Below are positions 36,511 through 46,931 of a stretch of DNA of 64,000 nucleotides, in pieces. A model generated the notes under the pieces. The model was not told the origin of the DNA and did no database searches. It saw nothing but the letters and a program-made list of their open reading frames with translations. Position numbers and translations under genes: made by a program. This DNA comes from an uncultured Saprospiraceae bacterium (lineage in GTDB: Bacteria; Bacteroidota; Bacteroidia; Chitinophagales; Saprospiraceae). The DNA lies in NCBI GenBank assembly GCA_964617515.1, contig CAZTXO010000005.1:98-64097 (forward strand), read 5' to 3'. Positions within the stretch are counted from its first letter, which is position 1. Every line of letters begins with the position of its first letter.

Positions 36511-37629
36511 TGGCTCCGGAATGCCGCCTATCTCCTGATCGTGATCCTGGGAGGCGGATTTCTTCTCCTGGAGGGCAGAGGCCTGCTCTTCCCTTTCCTT
36601 TTCGCGATTTTCTTTGCCTTCCTGCTCATGCCGATCGAGCGGCGGATCTTCCGGTATATCCCCTACAAATCTGTTTCCATCACCGGCAGTGTCTTATTGG
36701 TACTGGGGGTGGTCGGAGGCATTGGGTTTCTCTTTGGATACCAGCTTATCCAGATCATTGCCGACATGACCTCCATCCAGGACCAGCTGCAATACGGTCT
36801 TGAATCCGTCCTCCGGTTTATCGATCAGAACGTTCCCTATGTCCACATGCCGGCGGATCAGAAATCCATGGATGAGATGATCAGCAAACTCCTCCAGGCG
36901 CCTGTCGAATACGTCGGGGCCGGGATCAGCAGCGGCGCGGGTTTCCTGTTCAATATGGCACTCACCTTTATCTACACGATTTTCCTTTTGATTTACAAAG
37001 ACGCGTTTCACGATTTCCTGATGATCCAGTTTTCCAAGGACAAGCGCGAGGAGTTGGAATCGGTCCTCGGGCAATCCGTCAAGTTGATACAGCGCTACCT
37101 GGCCGGCATGGTGACCGTCGTCATTATCCTGGCTGTGGCCAATTGCACCGGTTTACTCCTGATCGGCGTGGAGCATGCTGTCTTCTGGGGTGTGCTGGCT
37201 GCCTGCCTTGTCATCATCCCCTATATCGGGACGACGCTTGGCGGATTGTTGCCGTTTCTGTATTCACTGGCCACCTACGAGCATAGTTGGCAACCCTTCG
37301 CGGTGGTGATCATGTATGTGGTGATCCAGCAACTGGAAGCGAATTTTATCACTCCCAAGATCGTGGGCTCCAGTGTCCGCATCAATCCCTTCTTTGCCCT
37401 CATCGGCATCGTCATCATGGGAGCGCTGATGGGTATCGGCGGCATCGTGCTGGCTATCCCCATCATGGCCATCCTTAAACTGGTCGCAGAGGAAATACCA
37501 GTCCTGAAACCGTTGGCCCTGCTCATGGATAAGGACCTCATCAAAAACCGGCATCTCTTCCTGGGCAAGTACGACCGGGATGATTATCGATTTTCCTCCC
37601 TGATGAAAGAGGAGGATAGTAAACGCTGA
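36505..37629 (+). CDS. AI-2E (PerM/UPF0118) family transporter
   Basis: I chose the start at MQWLRNAAYLLIVILGG. The protein has multiple TM helices and the conserved C-terminal block EANFITPKIVG...NPFF. The upstream part of ORF 36067 is antisense to paralog 3. Confidence 0.82.
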   Translation: MQWLRNAAYLLIVILGGGFLLLEGRGLLFPFLFAIFFAFLLMPIERRIFRYIPYKSVSITGSVLLVLGVVGGIGFLFGYQLIQIIADMTSIQDQLQYGLESVLRFIDQNVPYVHMPADQKSMDEMISKLLQAPVEYVGAGISSGAGFLFNMALTFIYTIFLLIYKDAFHDFLMIQFSKDKREELESVLGQSVKLIQRYLAGMVTVVIILAVANCTGLLLIGVEHAVFWGVLAACLVIIPYIGTTLGGLLPFLYSLATYEHSWQPFAVVIMYVVIQQLEANFITPKIVGSSVRINPFFALIGIVIMGALMGIGGIVLAIPIMAILKLVAEEIPVLKPLALLMDKDLIKNRHLFLGKYDRDDYRFSSLMKEEDSKR

Positions 37630-37635
37630 TCACAC

Positions 37636-38370
37636 ATGGGGGGGCATGCCTGGAAAGAATTCATCCGTTCACGCCTGCCCTGGGCCTGGTATTGGCGTTT
37701 GAAACGGATCCGCGAGGAATGCCTGGCCTGGTGGGGCAACAGCGATCTCACGTCCCTGGCCAAAATCTATCAAACGGATAAATGGGGAAAACATCAGTAT
37801 ACGCCGGTCTACGAGCAATATTTTCAATCCTTGCGCTATCAGCCCGTCCGCCTGCTTGAAATCGGGGTCGGCGGTGTAGCCAAAACCGACCGTGGAGGCA
37901 ATTCGCTCCGGATGTGGAAGCGCTATTTTCCAAAGGGCAGGATCACGGGAATAGATCTGTATGACAAATCCGCATTGCAGGAACCGAGGCTACGGACCTG
38001 CCAGGGCAACCAGGCAGATGGGGATTTTTTAAGAAAGGTCAACGAGGCGGAAGGCCCGTTTGATATCATCATCGATGATGGCAGCCACCGGCAGTCCCAT
38101 ATCATCGCCAGCTATGAAGTGTTGTTTCCCCTCCTGAAGCCCGGCGGATATTATGTGATCGAGGATACGCAGACATCCTACTGGCCCTCCTTTGAAGGCA
38201 GTACGGTGGATATGGATACCATTCCGTCAGCGATGAATTATTTCATCAGCCGTATTCATTCCGTCAATGCGCCGGAATGGATTAAAGAAGAAGTTCCGGT
38301 TGGAAAAAGAAATGAAGGAATAGCGGCTATTGCCTTTTATCACAACCTCCTGATGATAAAAAAGGCGTAA
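37636..38370 (+). CDS. SAM-dependent methyltransferase (sugar O-methyltransferase-like)
   Basis: TDKWGKHQYTPVYEQYF, LLEIGVGG, GIDLYD and IIIDDGSH resemble the Methyltransf_24 / TylF-like pattern seen in glycan clusters. Confidence 0.65.
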   Translation: MGGHAWKEFIRSRLPWAWYWRLKRIREECLAWWGNSDLTSLAKIYQTDKWGKHQYTPVYEQYFQSLRYQPVRLLEIGVGGVAKTDRGGNSLRMWKRYFPKGRITGIDLYDKSALQEPRLRTCQGNQADGDFLRKVNEAEGPFDIIIDDGSHRQSHIIASYEVLFPLLKPGGYYVIEDTQTSYWPSFEGSTVDMDTIPSAMNYFISRIHSVNAPEWIKEEVPVGKRNEGIAAIAFYHNLLMIKKA

Positions 38371-38427
38371 TCCGCTGCCAAGATTTTTCACAAATTAAAG
38401 AGGTGGCTGACTTTGCCATCCCTCAAT

Positions 38428-38492
38428 CCTCTGCGCTCTGCCCTCTACGCACTACATTCTGCGCTCTTCGTTCTGCGTTTTGCATTCTGCAC
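38428..38492 (-). repeat. purine-rich (sense strand) simple repeat immediately after susD-like stop
   Basis: Sense strand reads agtgcagaatgcaaaacgcagaacgaagagcgcagaatgtagtgcgtagagggcagagcgcagagg. It shares the AGTGCAGAA and GCAGAG words with 8941-9010. Confidence 0.75.
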
Positions 38493-38496
38493 TAAA

Positions 38497-40008
38497 TCAA
38501 TACCCGTTATTCTGTACCAGGATCCCTCCTGTCAGATCGATTTCGGCCTGGGGCAAGGGCAGGAGGATATGCTTGCTGGCGACGAAATTGGTTTTTAACG
38601 GCGCCATCACATCCGCAATCCGCCCCCACCGCGCCAGGTCAAACCACCGCTGTTGCTCCATCGCGAGTTCCACCCGCCGCTCGTGATAGATGATTTCCCG
38701 TAGTTCACTCTGGTCGTTGGAAGTGATATCCTTCAAAATGAAATTGTTGGTGCCGCGTGCGCGGGCCCGGATCATGTTGAGGTATTCCCGGGCCTTGCCA
38801 AGATTCCCGATTTCGTTCTGTGCTTCGGCAGCGAGGAGGAGAACATCGGCGTACCGCAATAAGCGGAGATTACCGGGACCATTATCCTGGAGCCCGGGAT
38901 GTGAAGGCACCCAGGCTTTTTGATTGTAGCGTTCATTGAGGATTTCCGGGTTATCCTGAACGATGGTGGATCCATCCGGCAGTACTTCTCCCACATAGAT
39001 GATCGTGGCCTGGCGACGCGGGTCCCCCGGTTCATAGGAGGCTACGAGATCGTCGCTTGGGCGGTTGAATCCCCATCCAAGATTGGGTACGCCGCGAACC
39101 CCCTGGATCATGTTGTAGGGTGTAGCACCGGGACCTGCAACGGCCGCCTGCTCCGCTACTGCGCCAATCTCAAACACACTTTCCGGACCGTTTTCACCAA
39201 CGGCCATAAAGTTGTCGGCGTAACGGGGCAGGAGGCTATATTTACCGGAAGTAATGATCGCCTCACATTGCTCGGCCGCTTTTGTGAAGTCATGCTCCAC
39301 CATGTATAACTTCGCGAGGATACCACGGGCAGCCCCTTTGGTGGCGCGTCCGAGATCCGCGGATGCGTATTCCGATTTTTCCGGCAGTACATCAATGGCA
39401 TCAAGCAGGTCTTGTTCGATGAAAGCCCAGATTTGCTCCTTCGGTACCCTGGGTTGGTTGTAATACTCGTCATCCGTCAGGATCCGGTCCACCAGGGGCA
39501 CGTCGCCAAACCATTGCACCAGGCGCAGATAGGTATAGGCTCTCAGGAATTTTGCTTCGCCGACCAGACGGGCCTTCAATGCCAGGTCCATATCGATGTC
39601 TGGGATTTTGTCAATGGCGAGATTAGCCCGGAAGATCAGGTGATAACATCCCTGCCAGGCGCCGGAGACGGCCGCATTAGTTGCATCAAATGTGAACTCA
39701 TCCAGTTCGAGCATATAGAGTGCGTCATTGGGCGTACTGCCCTTGTCCGCATCGTCGCTGAGGATATCCGTCAGCCCGATCCAGGGGAAAGCGCACATCT
39801 CCCAGTTGCGAAATTGCTGATAGATGGCATTGGTCGCCCAGATGGCATGATCCTGTGTTTCGAAAAACGTATCATAGGTCAATTGGCCTTTTGGTTTGCG
39901 TTCGAGGAAATCCTGGCTGCAGCTCAGGATCGAAACGGTGAAGAGCAGCACCACCAGGCGCAAGCGGAAAGCAGGATGATTCGTGATGTGGGAAAGGAAT
40001 GTTTTCAT
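38497..40008 (-). CDS. susD: SusD/RagB-family outer-membrane lipoprotein
   Basis: Lipobox ILSCSQDF and a TPR-like helical pattern. It lies directly downstream of the SusC-like gene. Confidence 0.9.
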   Translation of the reverse strand: MKTFLSHITNHPAFRLRLVVLLFTVSILSCSQDFLERKPKGQLTYDTFFETQDHAIWATNAIYQQFRNWEMCAFPWIGLTDILSDDADKGSTPNDALYMLELDEFTFDATNAAVSGAWQGCYHLIFRANLAIDKIPDIDMDLALKARLVGEAKFLRAYTYLRLVQWFGDVPLVDRILTDDEYYNQPRVPKEQIWAFIEQDLLDAIDVLPEKSEYASADLGRATKGAARGILAKLYMVEHDFTKAAEQCEAIITSGKYSLLPRYADNFMAVGENGPESVFEIGAVAEQAAVAGPGATPYNMIQGVRGVPNLGWGFNRPSDDLVASYEPGDPRRQATIIYVGEVLPDGSTIVQDNPEILNERYNQKAWVPSHPGLQDNGPGNLRLLRYADVLLLAAEAQNEIGNLGKAREYLNMIRARARGTNNFILKDITSNDQSELREIIYHERRVELAMEQQRWFDLARWGRIADVMAPLKTNFVASKHILLPLPQAEIDLTGGILVQNNGY

Positions 40009-40034
40009 GATCCCGTATAGATTTCTTTTAGGAA

Positions 40035-43013
40035 TTAAAAATTGATTTCAACGCCACCCTGCCATGATTTAGACAAGGGATAACCACCGAAATCAAATCC
40101 GACTTCATAGGCATTTCCTCCGTTGGGAAACTCAGGGGAATAGCCCTTATAGGATTGTTTTGTCCACACATTGGAGCCGGTCACATAGATCCGGAATTTA
40201 TCGACCGAAGCTTTGGACGTGATAGACTTTGGTAACGTGTATCCGAGTGTGATGCTCCTCAATCTGAGGAAATCACCGTCTGCCAGGAACCGGTCGCTCA
40301 CCCGGTAATTGGAACCCCCGTTGGTGATGCGAGGCTCGGTAGTTGAAGGATTATCGGGCGTCCACCGGTCCACCACATGTTTCTCCCAGTTATAGACACT
40401 GAAGCGGAATGTCTCTTTCGCGTTGAAGACTTTGTACCCGGTGGCGCCGACGAGGTCACCATTGAAGTCAAAACCCTTCCATTCGAATCCCGCGGTGAAA
40501 CTATACGACAGTTTTGGTATCGGACTGCCCAGATAGACACGGTCATCTCCATTGAGGACCCCGTCTCCATTCGTGTCTTCATACCGGATGTCACCGGGTT
40601 TCTCTCCGCCCAGCGTAGGACTGTTATCGATTTCCTCCTGTGTCTGGAAGATGCCGGCCACCTGATAGCCATAAAATGCGCCGATGGGTAATCCAACGAC
40701 CGTATGCGTGGCAGGCTCGCCCTGGAGAAAAGCAGCGAAAATTTCATTCCGGCCCTCTGCCAATTTTTCCACTGTATTGGTCACCGGGGAGAGGATGACG
40801 CCGAGATTGTAAGCAAATGTGCCTCCTTCCCGCCATTTCAGACTGATATCCCATCCCACGTTTTTCACTTCTGCCGTATTGACGACAGGATCTGCCTGTG
40901 AACCTACATAATCCGGTATGGGAACCGCGGCGATGATATCGTAGGTATAGCGGTTATACCAATCAACCTCTGCCTCCAGCCGGCCGTTAAATAAAGCTGC
41001 TTCCATGCCGAAATCGGTTTGGCGGGAAGTCTCCCAGCGCAGGTTGGCATTGGACAGGGAGATCAGCGTCGCGCCCTGGTTGAGGCTCTCCGAGGGACCG
41101 AAGACGCCATACAAGCCGCTCGTCACTGCACCTGTTGAAGGATAAGCGCTGGCTGAAGATTGGTTGCCCAATACGCCATAACTGGCCCGCACCTTGAGGC
41201 GATCGATCCATTTAACGGATTGGATAAACGATTCGTCACTGAGATTCCATCCGATACTGGCCGAGGGAAAATTACCGGTACGGTTTGCTTGTGTAAACCG
41301 GCTGGACCGGTCTATCCGCCAACTAACGGTAAAGAGATACTTATTGCGCCAGGTATAATTTACCCGGAATAAATTCGAATTGAGCGCCTCGTCGCTAGCC
41401 CCCTGGTAATTCATTTGGGTCGTATCGTTTCCCGCGGATAGAAATAAAAGTTCATCCGCCGTCCCAGGGAAATTTTCCCGGCTGCCTCCCAGGAATTCAC
41501 CGGCTCTTTCTTCGGCCGTGTAGCCAACCAGGGCAGTGAGGTGATGATCTTTCCAGGTTTTATCATAGGTGAGCGTCTGCTCCCAGATCCAGTCATTGCC
41601 GGAGCTGGTGCCGGCAGACAGACGGTCACTGCCATTTCTTTGCGAAGGACTGACTTCAAATTTGGGTTCGAAGTATTTCGATTTCCGGTTGTTTTTGTCG
41701 ATACCGAAATTGGTCCGGAAGGTGAAATTTTTCAAAAAATGAACATCGGCATACAGGTTACCAAACAGGCGGCTGCCGGAGTTGTGATTGTTGTGCTTGT
41801 AAAAAAGATCCGCGGAGGGGTTGGCGATCGCCAGGCCGAAAAAAGTGGGGTCTGAAAAATCGCCCGAAGTGTCCCGTGGAGTGAAAACAGGAGGCATCCG
41901 GTACGCGCTATTGACTACATCCGGGGCGACATCTTCGCGCAACGTGGTGTGCGCAATGTTATGCCCGATGGTGAGATAGGAATTGAGCTTGTATTCCGCA
42001 TTGAGGCGAAGGGTCAGCCGGTCAAAATGCGAATAGCGAATGATCCCGTCCTGGGAATAGTAGTTGGCGCTGAAATTATAGTGGTATTGCTCGGATCCGC
42101 CATTGGCCGACAAGGTATAATTGGATACGGGCGCATCCCGGAAGATTTCATCCTGGTAGTTCGTGCCTGCCCCCAGGGAATCAGGGTTTGGAAAATAGGA
42201 TTGACCGCGCAGGTCATTGTAGGCGGAAGCAAACTCTGCCGCATTGAGCACATCGATCCGGCGGCCGAGTTGGGTGACACCATAATAAGCGGACGCGGAG
42301 ATGATTGCCTTTTCCCGTGACGCACCGCTTTTAGTTGTGATGATGATGACACCATTGGCGCCCCGGCTGCCATAGATCGCGGCGGCAGAGGCATCCTTCA
42401 GCACTTCGATGCTTTCGACATCTTCCGGGTTGAGGTAGGAGGCATCGTAAGTGATCATACCGTCGATGACATACAGCGGGTTGGCGTTGTTGAGGGTGCC
42501 GGTTCCGCGTACCCGGATGACAGCCCCTGCGCCGGGTGATCCGGAGGATGGCGCGACATACACGCCGGCTACTTTTCCCTGCAGGGCCTGCTCGACATTG
42601 GCGGTAGCCACGCGGCTGATGTCCTTTCCTTTGACCGTGGAAACGGCGCCGGTGAGATCGCTCTTTTTCTGGATCCCGTACCCGACGACGACTACCTGCT
42701 CAAACAGCGTCGCCTCCTCTGCCAGTTTCACATCCACCACGGTGCGGCCATCGAGTTTGACTTCGACAGTGCCATACCCGGTGTACCGGAAGATGAGAAC
42801 CGGATCGACACCGGTCACGATCAGGGTGAAGTGACCATCGAGATCGGTGATGGTGCCGCCTTCTGCATTTTTTTCCAGGACAGTAGCCCCGATCAGCGGT
42901 TCGTTATTGGCCGCGTCCAGGACAGTGCCTGTGACCGTGACCTGCGACCATAATCCGGCGGGGATGAGGAGCACAAGGAATAGAAATTTGGAAAATGGAA
43001 TTGTTTTCATCAT
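40035..43013 (-). CDS. susC: SusC/RagA-family TonB-dependent transporter
   Basis: I chose the start at MMKTIPFSKFLFLVLL. Carboxypeptidase-regulatory-like VTVTGTVLDAANNEPLIGATV, plug motifs and the C-terminal GGVEINF are present. Confidence 0.92.
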   Translation of the reverse strand: MMKTIPFSKFLFLVLLIPAGLWSQVTVTGTVLDAANNEPLIGATVLEKNAEGGTITDLDGHFTLIVTGVDPVLIFRYTGYGTVEVKLDGRTVVDVKLAEEATLFEQVVVVGYGIQKKSDLTGAVSTVKGKDISRVATANVEQALQGKVAGVYVAPSSGSPGAGAVIRVRGTGTLNNANPLYVIDGMITYDASYLNPEDVESIEVLKDASAAAIYGSRGANGVIIITTKSGASREKAIISASAYYGVTQLGRRIDVLNAAEFASAYNDLRGQSYFPNPDSLGAGTNYQDEIFRDAPVSNYTLSANGGSEQYHYNFSANYYSQDGIIRYSHFDRLTLRLNAEYKLNSYLTIGHNIAHTTLREDVAPDVVNSAYRMPPVFTPRDTSGDFSDPTFFGLAIANPSADLFYKHNNHNSGSRLFGNLYADVHFLKNFTFRTNFGIDKNNRKSKYFEPKFEVSPSQRNGSDRLSAGTSSGNDWIWEQTLTYDKTWKDHHLTALVGYTAEERAGEFLGGSRENFPGTADELLFLSAGNDTTQMNYQGASDEALNSNLFRVNYTWRNKYLFTVSWRIDRSSRFTQANRTGNFPSASIGWNLSDESFIQSVKWIDRLKVRASYGVLGNQSSASAYPSTGAVTSGLYGVFGPSESLNQGATLISLSNANLRWETSRQTDFGMEAALFNGRLEAEVDWYNRYTYDIIAAVPIPDYVGSQADPVVNTAEVKNVGWDISLKWREGGTFAYNLGVILSPVTNTVEKLAEGRNEIFAAFLQGEPATHTVVGLPIGAFYGYQVAGIFQTQEEIDNSPTLGGEKPGDIRYEDTNGDGVLNGDDRVYLGSPIPKLSYSFTAGFEWKGFDFNGDLVGATGYKVFNAKETFRFSVYNWEKHVVDRWTPDNPSTTEPRITNGGSNYRVSDRFLADGDFLRLRSITLGYTLPKSITSKASVDKFRIYVTGSNVWTKQSYKGYSPEFPNGGNAYEVGFDFGGYPLSKSWQGGVEINF

Positions 43014-43060
43014 GAGCAGTATGTCGACATGAAATGATATACGTTTACACAGCAATGGGA

Positions 43061-45304
43061 TTATTCCGTTAAATGAAACTCGCGTTTTTCTAATTGACCG
43101 GAATGGGGGCCAGCCATGATCCAAAACAGTCCGGGTTCGGCTCTGAATGACATATCCGCGGTGTGGAAAGCAAGGTCACCGGAGGTCAGCTTAAAAATAA
43201 CGTTTTTCGATTCGCCCGGCGCCAGTTTGACCTTGGCATAACGCTTCAATTCGCGCAGCGGACGCGTGACACTCCCCGCTACATCCCGCGTGTACAATTG
43301 CACGATCTCCTCTCCTTCCCGCTGACCGGTGTTGGTGATCCGGATGGTAGCGATGATCGTATCCTTCATGGTGAAATCGGTCTTATTGACCATGAGGCTG
43401 TCATACGTGAAAGTGGTATAGCTCAGTCCGAATCCAAACGGGTACTGAGGCGAATTGGGCAGATCGATATACCGGGTATTCCATTTGCTGTTGGGATCAT
43501 AGGGCCTTCCCGTATTTTTCTCGTTGTAGAAGATCGGCACCTGTCCGACATGACGCGGGAAGGTCATCGTGAGCTTGGCGGAAGGATTGTAATCGCCAAA
43601 CAGGATGTCCGCGATGGCATGTCCGCCTTCCGTGCCGGCAAACCAGGTTTCCACGATGGCGGCGGCATGATCAGCGATCCAGGGTATCGCCAGCGGGCGG
43701 CCGTTCATCAGGATGACCACCACCGGTTTACCCGTGGCCACCAGTGCCTTGACCAATTCTTCCTGTACACCGGGCAGCGAAATATCGGCACGCGCGGCGG
43801 CCTCGCCACTCATTTCTTTGGATTCGCCCATCACGGCCAGAATGATGTCCGATGATTGCGCGGCGCGTACCGCGGACGTAAACCCGGATTTATCCTCTCC
43901 CAGGATCTCACATCCTTTACTGTGATGGAGGACGAAGCCATCGTTCATGGCCCGTTCATTCAATGCATCCAGCACGCTGACACATTTATCGCCTTCACCG
44001 GCGCCGCTCCAGGGACCGATCAGGTCCGCGCGTGAATCGGCCAGCGGGCCCACCAGGGCAATGGATTTTGGTTTTGAAAGCGGCAGCGTATTCTTCTCAT
44101 TTTTCAGCAAGACGATGGATTTTCGTGTGATGGCTCTGGCCGCTTCGCGGTGAGCAGCGGAAAAGACCACCTCCTTCTCGCGCTGTTCATTACAGTAGCG
44201 GTAGGGATCCTGGAAAAGCCCCAATTGAAACTTGGCCGTGAGGATCCGGCGCACCGCCTGGTCGATCTCCTGTTGGGTCACGCGTCCTGCCTCCAGGGAG
44301 GCCTTTAGAAAACGTTGATACACAGAACCCTGCATATCCATGTCTACCCCGGCATGCAGGGCGAATTCACCGGCTTGTGCTTCATCTTCGCCATAGCCGT
44401 GGTTGACCATTTCATTGATGCTCGTATAGTCCGTGACGACAAATCCATGGAAGCCCAGTTCTTTTCGCAGCACGTCCTCCAGCAACCATTTGTTGCCGGA
44501 GGAGGGTATGCCGTCCAGATCATTGAAAGAGGTCATGACGGTCATGGCGCCGGCTTTGACCCCGGCGGCATAGGTGGGCAGGTAGAAATCGCGGAAGGTG
44601 CGCTCGGTCATCTCGACCGAATTGTATTCACGGCCCGCGGTGGGAGCGCCATAGGCGGCAAAATGTTTGATGCAGGCCAGGACGCGGTCAGCCTGATCAA
44701 AGTTGGAACCCTGGAATCCTCTCACGCGCGCATCCGCGATGAGTGCGCCGAGGTAAGGATCTTCGCCTGCACCCTCCATGACACGGCCCCAGCGCGGATC
44801 ACGCGAGATATCGACCATCGGGGCAAAGGTCCAGTGGAGGCCTGCGGCGGCGGCTTCTGCGGCGGCGATAGCGGCGGATTGTTCCATGGCGTCGAGATCC
44901 CAGCTGCAGGATTCCCCGAGCGGAACGGGGAAGATGGTCTTGTAGCCGTGGATGACATCATACCCGAAGATCAGGGGGATGCCGAGGCGGCTTTCCTTGA
45001 CCGCGATTTCCTGGAGATGGCGGGTGAAAGCGACCGTATGACTGTTAAACAAAGCGCCACAACGGCCTTTTCGTACGTCCTCTTCGTACCCTTCGCGGAT
45101 GGTGGGTCCGGTTGAGCCCCAATCGGTCGTGAAGAGGGTCATCTGGCCGATTTTCTCATCCAGCGTCATGAGTGCCATCAGGCTGTCTACTTGTTTTTCA
45201 TAGGGATTACCTGCGCCGGACTCATTGGTCGGGCCCCCGTTACAAGCCAGTAAAAGGGTCGACAAAAGGACAAAAGCGAGGTTGATTTCTTTCGTGTATT
45301 TCAT
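43061..45304 (-). CDS. bglX: GH3 beta-glucosidase (BglX-like) lipoprotein
   Basis: I chose the start at MKYTKEINLAFVLLSTLLLAC. Motifs: KHFAAYG, GFVVTDY (nucleophile Asp context) and the C-terminal fibronectin-like domain. Confidence 0.9.
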   Translation of the reverse strand: MKYTKEINLAFVLLSTLLLACNGGPTNESGAGNPYEKQVDSLMALMTLDEKIGQMTLFTTDWGSTGPTIREGYEEDVRKGRCGALFNSHTVAFTRHLQEIAVKESRLGIPLIFGYDVIHGYKTIFPVPLGESCSWDLDAMEQSAAIAAAEAAAAGLHWTFAPMVDISRDPRWGRVMEGAGEDPYLGALIADARVRGFQGSNFDQADRVLACIKHFAAYGAPTAGREYNSVEMTERTFRDFYLPTYAAGVKAGAMTVMTSFNDLDGIPSSGNKWLLEDVLRKELGFHGFVVTDYTSINEMVNHGYGEDEAQAGEFALHAGVDMDMQGSVYQRFLKASLEAGRVTQQEIDQAVRRILTAKFQLGLFQDPYRYCNEQREKEVVFSAAHREAARAITRKSIVLLKNEKNTLPLSKPKSIALVGPLADSRADLIGPWSGAGEGDKCVSVLDALNERAMNDGFVLHHSKGCEILGEDKSGFTSAVRAAQSSDIILAVMGESKEMSGEAAARADISLPGVQEELVKALVATGKPVVVILMNGRPLAIPWIADHAAAIVETWFAGTEGGHAIADILFGDYNPSAKLTMTFPRHVGQVPIFYNEKNTGRPYDPNSKWNTRYIDLPNSPQYPFGFGLSYTTFTYDSLMVNKTDFTMKDTIIATIRITNTGQREGEEIVQLYTRDVAGSVTRPLRELKRYAKVKLAPGESKNVIFKLTSGDLAFHTADMSFRAEPGLFWIMAGPHSGQLEKREFHLTE

Positions 45305-45464
45305 GGCCTTAAGGTAGGAAAAGGAAAGGGTTAACAGCAAGTGGCCTGATCGCTTCTCTTTTCATGGTTCGATCCATCCCGGCTGGCTTCAACAATGCGG
45401 CTTCACAAACACAATCAATCCCTGAGATCGATAGGCTACAACCGGTACGTATTAAGTCTGGTAG

Positions 45465-46931
45465 TTAGTTTTGCCCATCCAACCAACCTCCTTCAAACCC
45501 TGCCTTTTTCAATCCGGCTTGTATGTAAGGATTTTTACGGATGGTATTCCAAAGGATCCCGGTTTGGTGATTGGCCGTCATCAACAGGATCGGCCCCTGG
45601 TCGATGCCCAGGTAATCGATATCAAACCAACCGTGCGGATGCTGGTCATCCGTGTACGTCAGGTTGAAAGCGTCCTTAAAGCCAAACTCACCCACCAGGT
45701 CCTGGTAGTAAGTATCCCACATATAATGCAGCGTGGAGTCGCACAAAGCCGGTTCGAAAGGATAAGAACCACCGGCAGCTGTTGGGGCAATCGTGCCGTC
45801 ATCCACAATCTGTACACTGGCGGCTCCCCTGGCCCGGTAATCAAAAAATACCCAGTCTTTTCCATTCACGTTTCTTTTTCCACCACCCGGTCCGTCACAC
45901 GCGGTGAGACCCCAGCAATGTGCATGGTATCCTACGGCGCCCAACGGATTATCAACACAATACTGCTCGTTGGATAGTGTGGCACGCCGGCTGTTTTCAA
46001 AATAATCGATCCCCTTCTCTTTCATGTAGGGATCCTGGATTCCTTTAAAGTCAATCCACAGGTGACTGTATTGATGGCCGAAGAGCGGGTCAAACTGCAC
46101 GTTCGTCTGTCCTTTAAACTCGGCCCAGGGATAACTTTCACACCATTTTGTCCAGGCTGCCGGTTTTACCGGGTGCGTCGGGGATCCGATCGCCATGATC
46201 AGCAACACCATCGCTTCATTGTACCCTTTCCATTCGGATGGGATGAAACCGTGATTGGCATTATTCGATTTTTCCGGGTGCCAGCCCATCCACATCAGGT
46301 CGCGCTCATTCATCATCCAGTCCCACTCCACGCGACGGTAGAGTTGATCCGCCGTTTCCCGGATGGCTTTTTCCGTTTCATTATTGGCATCAAAGTAGGA
46401 CATGGCTGCCAGGATGCCCGCCATCAACAAACCCGTATCGATCGAGGAGAGCTCAACATCCCTGAACCGTACGGCTTTATCCAGCGTGAGGAAATGATAA
46501 AAGAACCCTTTATACCCGGAAACATTTTTTTCTTCCTGTCCCTGGGGCAGATTCCAGAGTACACGCAACGTCTTTAACGTCCGTTCAGCCGCCTGCTCCC
46601 GGGTAACATATTGTTTTTCCACGCCGACGATATACGCGCCCAGGCCAAAGCCCGTCGCCGCGATCGAAGAAAACGTAAGCGTCGGGTACCGGTCGGGAAT
46701 CTGGTAATGCACCGTATCCGCGAGTTGCCAGAAGTAGTGGAAGGTTCTACACTGAAGTTCTTCGAGCGAATAGGGTACGGATTCCTTCCGGGCTTCCGGT
46801 TGTGCCGGTGTTTGACAATCCGTGAGGAGGAAAAGGCTCACCAGCAAAGTCACCGGCCCTTGCCTAAAAAAGAAAACGGGGAAGCATATCCTTCCCCGTT
46901 TTCTAAAGCTGTAAGTATCAGAGTTTGACAA
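45465..46931 (-). CDS. glucoamylase-like (alpha/alpha)6 protein, PF10091/DUF3131 = GH144-type candidate (beta-1,2-glucanase family), lipoprotein
   Basis: FHYFWQLAD..., SSIAATGFGLGAYIVG, GFFYHFL and SSIDTGLLMAGIL match my memory of the putative-glucoamylase/GH144 family. It is a paralog of 50323-52155. Confidence 0.55.
   Translation of the reverse strand: MSNSDTYSFRKRGRICFPVFFFRQGPVTLLVSLFLLTDCQTPAQPEARKESVPYSLEELQCRTFHYFWQLADTVHYQIPDRYPTLTFSSIAATGFGLGAYIVGVEKQYVTREQAAERTLKTLRVLWNLPQGQEEKNVSGYKGFFYHFLTLDKAVRFRDVELSSIDTGLLMAGILAAMSYFDANNETEKAIRETADQLYRRVEWDWMMNERDLMWMGWHPEKSNNANHGFIPSEWKGYNEAMVLLIMAIGSPTHPVKPAAWTKWCESYPWAEFKGQTNVQFDPLFGHQYSHLWIDFKGIQDPYMKEKGIDYFENSRRATLSNEQYCVDNPLGAVGYHAHCWGLTACDGPGGGKRNVNGKDWVFFDYRARGAASVQIVDDGTIAPTAAGGSYPFEPALCDSTLHYMWDTYYQDLVGEFGFKDAFNLTYTDDQHPHGWFDIDYLGIDQGPILLMTANHQTGILWNTIRKNPYIQAGLKKAGFEGGWLDGQN

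Noticed and set aside
45355-45385. tRNA-like T-arm sequence (catggttcgatccatcc) in the GH144/GH3 spacer.
   Set aside because: The stem is only 4 bp and the loop has 6 nt. No acceptor, D or anticodon arms can be drawn around it.
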